Assembly: GCA_951406725.2 (NCBI GenBank)
Contig: OX597816.1
Location: 26,660,001 to 26,724,000 of the forward strand
Source of the DNA: Octopus vulgaris
Taxonomy: Eukaryota
Direction of reading: 5' to 3'
Length of the DNA: 64,000 nt
A program made the position numbers and the translations under genes. Below the pieces are notes generated by a model. The model was given only the letters and a program-made list of their open reading frames with translations. It did not search any database and was not told the origin of the DNA. Shown piece by piece: positions 1-12,272 of the stretch (position 1 is the stretch's first letter; the number at the start of each line of letters is the position of its first letter).

Positions 1-146
1 CGATGAGTCTACGATTTTTAAAAAATTTACCATCATTTTTTTCCATTTTAATGCATTTTTTTGCTATTTTTTGGCTATAACTCTCTAAAAATGCTTATAT
101 AGTTATTTCCCTTACAAGCCCGAGCAACGCCGGGCGATACTGCTAG
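1..146 (+). mobile_element. Non-autonomous Helitron, 3' end
   Basis: Subterminal hairpin cccgagcaacgccggg then CTAG|t; same 3' end as copies at 14040, 36987 and 61816. Confidence 0.75.
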
Positions 147-526
147 TACATATATACACTAAAACGTACAGACGCATGTACATAGTTATATACATACATT
201 ATATATATACATTGATTTTCGTTATTTTTCCCTTTTGCCTACGTGGATTGTTTTCAAGTATTTTGGTTTTTCTGGGAGCCCCTTTTAAAGTAGAAGGAAT
301 AGCTAAGATTTTTTGACTGCTGTTTCTAAACTTCGGTATGTGGTGAAGCAAATCTTTGCTGAACCCTAATTATAAAGTATTACTTAAGCTTACCATGAAA
401 TGGTCTTTTTCATGCCGAATTCTACTTGGTGGAATTACTGATTACTTCTTAATTAATTAATTTTACCCTTTGTTATTATATATAGACATATATAAGTGAG
501 ACATGAATATATATACACATACATAG

Positions 527-942
527 GGCGGCGAGCTGGCAGGAACGTTAGCACGCCGGGCGAAATGCGTAGCTGTATTTCCTCTGCCGTTACGTTGTGG
601 GTTCAAATTCCGGCGAGGTCGACTTTGCCTTTCATCATTTCGGGGTCGATAAATTAAGTACCATTTACGCACTGGGGTCGATGTAATCGACTTAATACCT
701 ATGTCTGTCCTTGTTTGTTCCTTCTATGTTTAGCCCCTTGTGGGTAGTAAAGAAATAGGTATTTCGTCTGCGTTACGTTCTGAGTTCAAATTCCGCCGAG
801 GTCGACTTTGCCTTTCATCCTTTCGGGGTCGATAAATAAAGTACCAGTTTCGCACTGGGGGTCGATGTAATCGACTTAATCCCAGACGAACTACGGCTAC
901 GCATTTCGCCCGGCGTGCTAACGTTTCTGCCAGCTCGCCACC
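527..942 (+). mobile_element. tRNA-derived SINE family A: full copy + partial tandem copy + inverted head
   Basis: Head ggcggcgagctggcag, B-box-like ggttcaaattcc, central gcctttcatcctttcggggtcgataa, tail ...gccccttgtgggtagtaaagaaata. Near-identical copies occur elsewhere in the window. Confidence 0.85.
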
Positions 943-961
943 CTAATTATTATTATTATTA

Positions 962-1043
<82 letters not shown>

Positions 1044-1091
1044 CATTATTATTATTATTATTATTATCTTCATCATCATCATCATTATTGA

Positions 1092-2460
1092 GTGCTTGCT
1101 GTCAATTTGACACTGAGAAATATATGAATCCCAATATACCCATCATGACTACCCGTGTGATAATTGTACACTAGGCACATACATCACAACCACATGTGCG
1201 TGACAAGGTGATCTCATCAACATAAACTGCGCATGACCTTGCTGGTGAGGCCCAGTTTGAATTTTCTTTAGGTCAAGTAACCCATCCCGTTCAAAATGTC
1301 TCTGAATAAGGTTTGTTTATGGATGATGAACGAAACGCCCATGTTTCAAGAGGTGAATTGTTCAAACCCCAAAGAATTCTTCTGAACACATGACTATGAT
1401 GCTCACCCATTTCTTCTATTCTTGAACAAAAATGCAGATATCGTCAACAATTAAGTAACATGCTCAACTGGTTAAGATCAAACAATTGTCAAGCAAATCT
1501 GTGATACTGAGCAGAATATTTGCTGTAGACCATCTTTTATCCCTAGGCAATTGGTACCATAGGAAGTGTTTCTGTTTTTAGGCTCCACATTCGAGTTACC
1601 TCTATTTCCAGGTCTTTGTATTTTGAAAGTTTCTCTGTTTCTTTTAGAGAAACGTTGTCATCTTTTGGTATTGATACATCTATTAGAAGGCATTTTTTCT
1701 TGGTGATCTCTGACAACTATATCCGGCCTATTAACCTTGATTTCTCAACTTGTGAGTATTGACATATCCCAGAGTATGGTTGCTTTTTCATTTTCTATTA
1801 CCTTTTCTGGGGTGTGCCAATACCATCTTTTATCTGTTGTTATTCCATAGTGTTGGCATAGCTTCCAGTGTATATAGGTTCTAACTCTGTAGTGTCTGTG
1901 AATATATTTCTTCTTAGTAGCCAGAGACAATATGATTTATTATTTCTTCATCACCACATATTCTGCAGTTACTTGTATTTCTTTTCACTGTGTGTTTTTG
2001 ATGATTTCAAGTGGGAAGACTTTGATCTTGTGCTGCAATTAAAAATCCTTCAGTCTCTGCTTTGAGTCCCAAGCTTCTCAGCCATTGTTGGGATTTTGCT
2101 TTGTCTCTCTCCCTCTCTTTCTCTTTTACTCTTTTACTTGTTTCAGTCATTTGACTGCGGCCATGCTGGAGCACCGCCTTTAATCGAGCAACTCGACCTC
2201 GGGACTTATTCTTTGTAAGCCCAGTACTTATTCTATCGGTCTCTTTTGCCGAACCGCTGAGTGACGGGGACATAAACACGCCAACATCGGTTGTCAAGCA
2301 ATGCTAGGGGGACAAACACAGACACACAGATCTATTTCTTTTCCGTTTAGCTTAACTCAATATTTGTCAAGTGGGTGGTTCTCTTGCCATCGTTTTATTG
2401 TGATACGTTGCTGTTCCAGTTTTAATTTAGAATTCAGTTGTTTTACAGCTTTTGTTGTCA
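1092..2460 (-). mobile_element. R4/Dong-type non-LTR retrotransposon, decayed 3' fragment (restriction-like endonuclease)
   Basis: Minus-strand peptides WLRSLGLKAETEGFLIAAQDQSL, RHYRVRTYIHWKLC, ILWD, NRPDIVV, LLIDVSIP, EKLSKYKDL. The 3' end abuts a (TTA/TAA)n tract (945-1090), the typical Dong target. Interrupted by a SINE B piece at about 2100-2330. Confidence 0.8.
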
Positions 2461-3053
2461 AACCAAAAAACAAACAAACAGCTGGTTAAATATTAGTAGC
2501 AACAGAAGAGTCTCTAATAATAACGAGTGAAATTTCATTACCAGAAGCAGCAGGCTTCCCACCATCCATTCATTACCTTGTTAAGAAAAAAGAAGCTTAG
2601 ATGCAAACTAAAAATCAAACCCATCGTCTCTCGAATGGACGTATAGTTTTATGAAATTTCGTCGTTCCTGTACTAAATTCTCAAATTCTTACTTCACATC
2701 TTTTTGGGATATGTTGAATGCTACAACAAAGTCATAAACAGACTCAAAGCCTCAACATCGTCGCACAGGACAGATACTCTTTTAGCCTAGACATCGTTTC
2801 TATCTGCGCTTCTGTACCTGTTTTTCCACATCATCTCGTCTACTAAACACTATTACTTGGATTACAGATGTTCAAACATCTATGAACTATTGACCATCAT
2901 TGTAAGCAATAAAGATTTTAGCTTGGTGAAACCATATACATATTTCGAGACTACCGCGTTCAGGATCAAGTTAATTATAATACTGTTTACTGGAACTGCA
3001 CTAAACTACATTTTGTACCTATTTCCTCTATCCATTTGTTCAAATCTTTAGGA

Positions 3054-3092
<39 letters not shown>

Positions 3093-3120
3093 GTTGTTAT
3101 TATTATTATTGTTATTATTA

Positions 3121-3155
<35 letters not shown>

Positions 3156-3275
3156 GTTATTATTATATTATTATGTCGAGAATAACATAATCATATATTT
3201 TATCTTTTGCCCTTTCGTTGTTTCAGTCATTAGTCTGCGGTCATATAATTACGTTGTATTAAATTTTAATTACAG

Positions 3276-3593
3276 GAACCCACTGGATCTGGGAGGTAAC
3301 GAGTATGATCGTCAATGGAAAAGCTGAAAGAATTCCCAGTATTAAAGAAGAAAATATGATAGACTTCATGCTTAATGATCAACTGGATTCAAAACCATCT
3401 CCAAGGGTGCTCAACACACACTTACACCCTACCTTTCTGCCTGAAGCATTACTTAAGAATAACAAAATCATTTTCATCGCGCGTAACCCTAAGTCTGTGG
3501 CAGTTTCCTATTACAGACATATGTGGAGTATCGAAGTTATTCAGTATGATGGGAACTTCCACAGTTTCTTTGAGCTCTTCATGGACGGAAACG
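3276..3593 (+). CDS. Cytosolic sulfotransferase (Sulfotransfer_1 family), internal exon A
   Basis: Acceptor ttacag at 3270-3275 and donor gtaagt at 3594. Translates (G)THWIWEVTSMIVNG...PSPRVLNTHL...IIFIARNPKSVAVSYY...FFELFMDGN: the end of the 5'-PSB loop (GTHW), the catalytic His (NTH) and the 3'-PB motif (RNPKxxxVSYY). The exon with YPKS lies upstream of the window. Confidence 0.93.
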
Positions 3594-3653
3594 GTAAGTC
3601 ATGTTTAAGTCAGGGAATTGTCAGGGAAATGTCGTAACTCGTTGGGCCATAGA

Positions 3654-4494
3654 AGAAACAAGGAAAGTGTTATTGGGCAAAGGAAAGATTTCGAGATTAA
3701 AAAAGAAAGAACTTAGACACTTTCACGGTCTAACTTATCCGTTCTCATAAATTCACAAACCTTATTTGTTGCTAAAGAGATTACAAGTACTCTAGTTGAT
3801 GACCTTACGTGACCAATCAAGAAACCTGTATTTCCTGTCACATCCACAGTGATGTAACCATATCCATAGCAACATTCAACATCCCTTTCCACCTAGTATG
3901 GAATAACTAGGTTCCACAAAACGACATAGTTGTCTGCTGTAAAGAGAAACAGTAATAACAAAAATTGACAACTGATTCATGTAACTTGAAGTAAAATTTT
4001 CAACTTATCAAATTGGCGAGGGAAGCAGAAATGTATTCCTCCATGACTAGTTTCTGTGGTGCCTTAAGGATCCAATGCACTCACAGAAAACAAGGAAAGT
4101 GTTATTGGGCACAAGGAAAGATTTCGAGATTAAAAAAGAAAGAACTTAGACACTTTCACGGTCTAACTTATCCGTTCTCATAAATTCACAAACCTTATTT
4201 GTTGCTAAAGAGATTACAAGTACTCTAGTTGATGACCTGTATTTCCTGTCACATCCACAGTGATGTAACCATATCCATAGCAACATTCAACATCCCTTTC
4301 CACCTAGTCAATAACTAGGTTCCACAAAACGACATAGTTGTCTGCTGTAAAGAGAAACAGTAATAACAAAAATTGACAACTGATTCATTAACTTGAAGTA
4401 AAATTTTCAACTTATCAAATTGGCGAGGGAAGCAGAAATGTATTCCTCCATGACATAGTTTCTGTGGTGCCTTAAGGATCCAATGCACTCACAG
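3654..4494. repeat. Direct tandem duplication (~430 bp x2) in a sulfotransferase intron
   Basis: 3654-4085 is repeated at about 4086-4494, differing mainly by small indels. Confidence 0.9.
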
Positions 4495-4562
4495 ACTAAA
4501 CACTCCTATTCACACACTAATGCCTTTCGGAAAAACATTAAAAATATACAATATTGGCATCG

Positions 4563-4953
4563 AGGGTTACACAAATGCTAGAACTGTGCGCCACTGCATG
4601 GTGCCAAGGACTCCAAATTTGCCATCAAGATGTAGGACAAGATACTGTGATAGCCTGGGCTTCAGAGGCCCACGGCTCTTCAATATCCTCCCGAAGAACC
4701 TGAGAGACCTGCATGGGGTGGATGCAGATGTCTTTAAAATAAAACTGGATCTTTTCCTGTCAGGTGTCCCAGATGATCCAACTTCACGGCAGGAGGTGCA
4801 GATGAGGGCAGCTGCATCGAACTCTCTCATGCACCAAATGTCAATTGCTAAAAAGCATTCGTGAAGTAAAATCATGTAGCAACACCAAATGGCGGTGCCC
4901 CAGCATGGCCACAACTCGTGAGCTGAAACTAGATAAAATACAATAAAAAAAAA
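4563..4953 (+). mobile_element. CR1/L2-group LINE, 5'-truncated 3' end
   Basis: Peptide SLGFRGPRLFNILPKNLRDL...FKIKLDLFLSGVPDDP is typical of the ORF2 C-terminus; A-rich tail follows. Confidence 0.7.
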
Positions 4954-5156
4954 TCTTCCACTATAAATTTATGATATTTTTTCGGACTAAGACTTAAATT
5001 ATTCACCAATCAATTTTGATTTCCGATTATAAGGATTTTCCTGCATAATGTGCTTCCTGTGATGCAAAAATGAAGTGGATATGGACGTTGAAATGTAAGA
5101 AATAATCTTTCTTAATCCAATCATTTAAAAAAGTTCGCAAAAAAGTTTGCAAAAAA

Positions 5157-5545
5157 GGCGCAGGAGTGGCTGTGTGGTAAGTAGCTTGTTTACCAACCAC
5201 ATGGTTCCGGGTTCAGTCCTTCTGCGTGGCACCTTGGGCAAGTGTCTTCTACTATAGCCTCGGGCCGACCAAAGCCTTGTGAGTGGATTTGGTAGACGGA
5301 AACTGAAAGAAGCCCGTCGTATATATATATATATGTATATATATGTATGTGTGTGTATGTTTGTGTGTCTGTGTTTGTCCCCCAAGCATTGCTTGACAAC
5401 CGATGATGGTGTGTTTATGTCCCCGTCACTTAGCGGTTCGGCAAAAGAGACCGATAGAATAAGTACTGGGGTCGAGTTGCTCGATTAAAGGCTGTGCTGC
5501 AGCATGGCCGCAGTCAAAATGACTGAAACAAGTAAAAAGAAAAAG
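5157..5545 (+). mobile_element. tRNA-derived SINE family B (CORE-like)
   Basis: Head ggcgcaggagtggctgtgtggtaag, gggttcagtcc B-box, ccttgggcaagtgtctt CORE-like motif, internal microsatellite, A-rich tail (gtaaaaaga). Confidence 0.85.
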
Positions 5546-6421
5546 AAAATATAGGTATGAGTATAAATACGTGTATGCTTGAGTGCATATACCTGTATGT
5601 GGGTGTTTATGCTCATGTATGTGCTGCACCTGCGGGAATGTCTTTATGTAGATACGACTATGTATGAGTAGAAGTACAGTATCTGAAGTTTGTCAGGGCA
5701 AAAGCCGATGAAATAATAGTGTAGATAAGCACAAAATATATACGAAGACCCTATTCTTCTACATTTCAGTTTCCATATTTCCCAACAAAAAGAATGAGAA
5801 CGCAATGCTCCTACTTTGCTATCTTTAATGTGTCTGGTAAATAGTAGCAAGAGAAGTCTGCAGCCAGTGGGTGGGGGGGGGGGGCATTAAATCATTAGGC
5901 TTCCTTTGCTTCCTATAACAGTGATTTCAGTGATATCCGGTTTTGAAAAAGAGGTCTCAATCAAGATGGCTTACCTTTGTCACGCTATGTCAAAATATAA
6001 AAGCAAAATGGCCGAGAGATTATGATATTAGTTTACCATCCCATTGATTTTAATCTACATCCACTTCTTGCGTTTCAGTGTATATTTAGGCAAAACACTT
6101 AATTGTTTTTATCTCAATTTGCTATTGCTGTCTGAAATAAGTATCCAATCCATTGACAGGATATACAGCTCATACACTAATGCAAAACACTGGCGCTTAA
6201 AGATTCTTTAAGTTCAAGAGATATTTCTTATATGAAGATAAAAAGTCTTCACAAGTGTCATTTCAACCCAATAGACGAATCTGGATTAATTAATTGACAT
6301 TTGATAAATAAAAAGTAAATGATTTTTATAGGATAGTAAAAAAATTTCAATTTCAAAAGAATGGACAGTCCCACAACGTGAACATTAATTGTGAACAAAT
6401 TTCATTTTCTGGTCATTACAG

Positions 6422-6519
6422 TCCCCACTGGTGATTATTTTGAATACACAAGGCAATGGTGGCCAATAATCAAAGACAACCCCAATGTTCTCATAATAAC
6501 ATATGAAGAGGCTTCGAAG
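6422..6519 (+). CDS. Sulfotransferase exon B (not in ORF track)
   Basis: cattacag|TC CCC ACT GGT GAT TAT...GCT TCG AAG|gtaggt. Phase 1 to 0 joins exon A in frame and reads VPTGDYFEYTRQWWPIIKDNPNVLIITYEEASK (SULT-type GxW/YE region). Confidence 0.92.
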
Positions 6520-6592
6520 GTAGGTGTTACATAGCTATCTTTTTTTTTCTATCTCTTACCACTATCTCATTCTTCTCTTTATTATTTTATTC

Positions 6593-7048
6593 GGATCTTT
6601 TCGGTTTGAACGGCAGTTTTTTTCTAGCGGTGTCATATGAAATTGTCACCCATAATTATGACCCTAGTATCGATCTATTGCATTTCAATCTCTTTTAGGG
6701 TTAGGGCTAGTGTTAGTTAGGGTTAGGGTTAGGGTTAGGATTAGGGGTGGGGTGGGGGGAAAGGTATCTTTTTTTTCTTCACAAATGTAAATAAACCCAA
6801 TTTGTTTCTTAAACGAGGGACATATTCATACGGCACAGAATGTTCTTACCTCAATGGACGTCAGTGATTGGTTGAAATTGCAGAAATTGAAGAAAAAAAC
6901 AACAAATATCTTACAAACTATAGAATTTTGTCAATAAAGCCAAGAGAAAAAGATGTTTTATAAACACATTTTACCAGTATACGAAGTTTAAAATTGTTTA
7001 GTTATCTAGATATTATGTTAAAAACTGCCGTTCAAACCGAAAAGATCC
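6593..7048. mobile_element. MITE with ~28-bp TIRs and internal (TTAGGG)n
   Basis: TIR ggatcttttcggtttgaacggcagtttt / aaaactgccgttcaaaccgaaaagatcc; further copies at 26164 and 62887. Confidence 0.85.
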
Positions 7049-7531
7049 CTTTTTTCTCTTTACTTTCATATATCATTCCTTTTTCACTAGTATAAGGGTT
7101 TCTGCAACGTTGCTTTCTTTTGGCTAACTACAGCGATTTTTATGACTAATGTTATTGTGTATGGAGGTTGAGTCAAACCGGCCAAGCCGTTAGACGGTCG
7201 AATGACAAGAAGTCTAAATATTCCATACCAAGCCTAGTTGAGAATCTCACTTAGTTCGTTTACTTTCAGTGATTTATCATATAACGGAGTGTAAATACGG
7301 CAGTCTGGATCACGACTGCCAATGAGATTTTTAGGTAACCCCCATTAACAAACTCAGAAAAATAACCTAAACTCAAAAAAGAATTTAAAAAAAAATATCT
7401 CGAAATCTATCATAAATACATCGGTATTTTACTGACATTTATAACAGAACACAATAATTACTCTTGTCTTTAATTCCTTTTGAAATACTAAACGATTCGT
7501 TGTATTCTGTGTGATCTTTATTCTTTCGAAG

Positions 7532-7702
7532 TGCGCAGGAGTGGCTGTGTGGTAAGTAGCTTGCTAACCAACCACATGGTTCCGGGTTCATTCCCACTGT
7601 GTGGCACCTTGGGCAAGTGTCTTCCACTATAGCCTCGGGCCGACCAAAGCCTTGTGAGTGGGTTTGGTAGACGGAAACTGAAAGAAGCCTGTCGTATATA
7701 TT

Positions 7703-7741
<39 letters not shown>

Positions 7742-7958
7742 TTGTGTGTCTGTGTTTGTCCCCCTAGCATTGCTTGACAACCGATGCTGGTGTGTTTACG
7801 TCCCCGTCACTTAGCGGTTCGGAAAAGAGAGACCGATGGAATAAGTACTGGGCTTACAAAGAATAAGTCCCGGGGTCGATTTGCTCGACTAAAAGGCGGT
7901 GCTCCAGCATGGCCGCAGTCAAATGACTGAAACAAGTAAAAGAGTAAAGAGTAAAGAG
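7532..7958 (+). mobile_element. SINE family B
   Basis: Full-length match to the 5157 copy. Confidence 0.85.
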
Positions 7959-8477
7959 AATACTTTTCTCTAAGTCTTTGATTAATTCTTTTCCTAACAC
8001 CCACATTGTACATTCTATAGCTTTTCTAATAATGCATTGCTTTATAAGTAATTTATCTTTTACGATTCCTGCTCTTAAGAATTAGTATTTTTGTTGGGTT
8101 TTTTTTTTTTATATTTTGATGCAGTTCATTAAATAAACTATTTTCTCAGCTCAGGCCGACGAGTGTAGCAAAATAGTTAAACCAGCTATAAAATGGAATA
8201 CTAAATCATATTTTGAATTATGAAATCCATCTTTTACGTCTTTTAACTTGTGTTAATATTCAGAGATATTTTGTGTCGGTACTAGAATAGCTTAACGACC
8301 ACAACAGGAACAATTAAGTAAAGGGTAATTCAATGAAAAAGTATGAAGAATTAACAGAGCAAGATATCAAGCCAGCCAGCTCTCTGTGTAACAAATATGT
8401 GATGATTAAATGTATGACAAGAACGAAGAGAAAGTGAAAGTTTAAAGTCTAATATGTCTGTATTCTCTTCTGAACAG

Positions 8478-8655
8478 GATCTTGTGAAAATCGTATCATT
8501 GATTGCAAAATTTCTTGGCAAGGAAATTGATGAGCAACTGATTAAAGATATTGCAGATATGTGCACATTTGACAGAATGAAAAAGGAGAAACCATCTGTT
8601 AAAGAAGATGTTTTCAAAATAAATTTCAAAGATAACAGTGGATTTTTTCGTTCAG
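8478..8655 (+). CDS. Sulfotransferase exon C
   Basis: gaacag|GAT CTT GTG...CGT TCA G|gtaag. Reads DLVKIVSLIAKFLGKEIDEQLIKDIADMCTFDRMKK...GFFRS(G); phases are consistent. Confidence 0.92.
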
Positions 8656-9019
8656 GTAAGAATTTCAGTTTCAAGATATTGATGTGTGTGTATGTATGTG
8701 CATGTGTATGTACATGTATGTGCGTGTGTGTGTTTTTATGAATATATATGTGTTTATGTATGCGTGTGTATACACGTGCGTATGGCATTTAATATCTCTT
8801 TATTCGTCTTTATTGCTCAAATAAGTGCCAAACTTTAGATCTTGGATGCATCCACATATTTTCTCTTTCGTTTTAGTCCATTTTTCCATGCTTGCCCTTT
8901 CTGATACTAGCCCTTGGTTCCTTTTCCGAAGTAAAGGATAACATAAATAATAACAAATGAGTGGAAACTGAACCGGGGAATGTGTTAGATATTAAGGACT
9001 AAAACGAAAGGTAAAAAGG

Positions 9020-9102
<83 letters not shown>

Positions 9103-9248
9103 GGGGAACACACATCCTGAAATAAGGCATCCGTCATTATATATGCATATTCTAGCAAACACCCCCGACGACAACAGTAACAATGAAAACAGAAAAGATA
9201 CAACTAGATTCTTCGATGGTTACCTACTATTCTTCTTTCTCTTTTCAG

Positions 9249-9358
9249 GAAAAGTTTCTACGTGGAAAGAATGGATGACAGTCGCTCAAAATGAAAGGAT
9301 GGACGCTCGAATTCAGAAGGAACTCCTCGAGCAGGGAATAAACTTAAATATATTTTAA
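9249..9358 (+). CDS. Sulfotransferase terminal exon D
   Basis: Polypyrimidine tract + ttttcag|GA AAA GTT. Reads GKVSTWKEWMTVAQNERMDARIQKELLEQGINLNIF*, including the KxxxTVxxxE dimerisation motif. The four exons total 704 nt (+1 from upstream) = 235 codons. Confidence 0.92.
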
Positions 9359-9538
9359 ATCGATGGTAGATTCTATACATGGTTTATTCGACTATTAATT
9401 GCTCAAATGCTAGGAATATAGCAAAAAAAATTAAGAATATATTGATATACGTGTGTGTCGGCTTATATATGTACGTTATATATTGAAAGTTTTCGCTTTC
9501 ACGATACTTGCTGTAAGGTTAACTTACTTTGTGAAGTA

Positions 9539-9544
9539 AATAAA
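9539..9544 (+). promoter_or_regulatory. Candidate polyadenylation signal of the sulfotransferase
   Basis: AATAAA about 180 nt after the stop codon, followed by T-rich sequence. Confidence 0.45.
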
Positions 9545-9651
9545 TAATCGTTAATTGTTTTTATATCGTAAATAGTATTAAGTCATACGTGATTATATTT
9601 ATTTAGGCGTGTATTTGTTTCTGGCTTTTTAATATCTATAATATTGTATAA

Positions 9652-9870
9652 GGCGGCGAGCTGGCAAAAACGTTAGCACGCCAGACGAAATGCTTAGCAG
9701 TATTTCGTCTGTCTATACGTTCTAAGTTCAAATTCCGACGAGGTCGACTTTGCCTTTCATCTTTTCGGGGTCGATAAATTAAGTATCAGTTGCGTACAGA
9801 GGTCAATTTAATCGACTGCCCCCCACCAAAAAAAAAGTTTCCGGCCTTGTGCCTAGAGTAGAAAAGAATA
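9652..9870 (+). mobile_element. SINE family A variant with a different tail
   Basis: Same head and central domain as the 527 copy. Confidence 0.75.
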
Positions 9871-9871
9871 T

Positions 9872-9954
<83 letters not shown>

Positions 9955-10414
9955 ACATAACAAGTAGTGAAATAAACTTGGCGATAGTGAACCTGTGGAA
10001 GGTTGGCGGAGGGCCCACATCCCACTATACCGGGTCACTATACTCACAAACTTGACATGTTTACCCACCCACACATCTTTAAAAACCATATACACACAAC
10101 TCCATCATATGCTCATCCCCAAACACCGATACACTCAGATTCGTGCACACCCCTCCCCCACCCCTCTTAAAACCCCTCCATAGAACCGGCTTTTCCCTGG
10201 CCCTTTACCTTTTTCTTTTTATTTTTTTCTCACCTCCAACTACATTGTTTCAATTCGTCTCTCCAACTTCTCTGGCTTTCTTCTGATGAAGAACATATGA
10301 AGTTTTCTTTCTTTTTAATTAAATTAATAAAACTTTTTTAAAAAGCTTGTCTTTTTCATTGACTTTTCCATTTTGTTAATTGTGCACATGTCTGGCTTTC
10401 TTCTGATGAAGAAC

Positions 10415-10452
<38 letters not shown>

Positions 10453-10814
10453 AATACACATGTATGTAGTATTCTTATCTTTATATATATGTATATATAT
10501 ATATGTATATATATATATGTAATATATATACTTGTTATTTTGAAAAAGCTTGTGTTATTTTGCTTTTATTTATTTTACATCTTAATCTGACTTTTTCTGC
10601 CTCTCTCCATTTTGCGTTCAATTGCAAGCACATGTCTGTGCGTGCGCGTGCGTGCGCGCGCGTGCGTGTATTATGCATATATTCGAATGTATGTTTATAT
10701 ACATAAATATATATATATATATATATATATACCAATACACAGTGTATGTATGTATCTATGTATATATATACATATATAACATATATACACACGACTATAT
10801 GCACATATTTAAAC

Positions 10815-10892
<78 letters not shown>

Positions 10893-10927
10893 ATATATAT
10901 ACATAGATACATACATACATGTGTATT

Positions 10928-10973
<46 letters not shown>

Positions 10974-11293
10974 GATAAGATCGTTAATTTAAAAATAAAA
11001 TAACGATTTTATCAAGTGGTCAGCATAGAAAAAATAAACCTTCAAAGGTAATAATTATTAAAATTATAAATTAGGGTATCTACGAGATACCACCATGCTG
11101 AAAATAGCAGCCACGAGGCAAAGTCAGAAATCCGGGATCTAGAACTATCCAGTAATTTTTTACTAGTTTCATCTTGTCTCTTTGCTTTCTCTCCGTGTTG
11201 ATATATGGACGATTAAGTTGGTTTTAGAGTCAGATCATAGCTGCTATTTTCAGCATGGCGGGATTTCGTAGATACCCTAATTTATAATTTTAA

Positions 11294-11351
<58 letters not shown>

Positions 11352-11710
11352 GTATGTATGTATGTATGTATGTATGTATGCATACATATACGTATATCTA
11401 CAATGGCCTGGGAACGAAATTTCTTTAGAGAGTGCAGACCCAGGTCCAAAATTTTTACGAAAAATGTGGATTTTTTCTAAAGTTGATATTAATACAAATG
11501 CAAGTATAATAACAATTTTTATTATAATGAGGATCAACCGAAATGTTTACAGGCTGAGCAAGACACTCACATGGAATTTGACCAAATGAAGTTCCCTTTC
11601 TAACATAGTTCTTACTGTCCACACATTTCGGTCAGTGCTGCTGTGCTTGGATCGCATTGGTCAAATATACATTTCGGCGCTTATAAAACAGACAAACAAG
11701 CGTTAGTTTG

Positions 11711-11769
<59 letters not shown>

Positions 11770-11801
11770 TTTATTTAAAGCAGCAGAAAATTCAGCAAAA
11801 T

Positions 11802-11839
11802 CTGTTACTCTGAGTTTCTCGTTGCCGTTCATCAGACAG
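11802..11839 (-). ncRNA. Minimal type I hammerhead ribozyme motif
   Basis: Minus strand reads CTGT-CTGATGA-ACG GCAA CGA-GAAAC-TCAGA-GTA-ACAG: canonical core, stem I CTGT/ACAG, one A.A mismatch in stem II. Confidence 0.7.
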
Positions 11840-11918
11840 TTTTTGCTAGAATGGAACCGATATATCAATTCAATCCAGACTCTTACAAACGCTACACCTT
11901 TACTCCGGTATATATATA

Positions 11919-11958
<40 letters not shown>

Positions 11959-12241
11959 AAAAATTGGATAAAATCTTTATAAGAATTTATCAAGTAGTTA
12001 GCGTGAAAAACCTCATAAGAGAAAAAATCCAGCAATTTTTTTCCCTTAAATATATTTAGTTTTATTCTATAGAGGATATTATTACACATAAATGTCACGC
12101 TAGGAGGGACTCTTCAAGTCAAAACTACTAAAATAAACATATCGCACCATATCGGTGCGATATATTTATTTTAATAGTTTTGACTTTATGAGTCCCTCCT
12201 AGTGTGTGGCATTTATGTGTAATAATGCCCTTTATAAAATA

Positions 12242-12272
<31 letters not shown>

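Noticed and set aside
527-615. tRNA genes at SINE heads
   Set aside because: A/B-box-like motifs are present but there is no complete cloverleaf, and the heads continue into SINE bodies.
5125-5488. Recurrent small ORFs (e.g. ...DGLLSVSVYQIHSQGFGRPEAIVEDTCPRCH...) looking like a gene family
   Set aside because: They are translations of SINE B copies.
10270-10420. Two ctggctttcttCTGATGAAgaac motifs in a short direct repeat after a C-rich tract
   Set aside because: May be relics of PLE pLTR hammerheads, but no matching stem II/GAAA half could be found.
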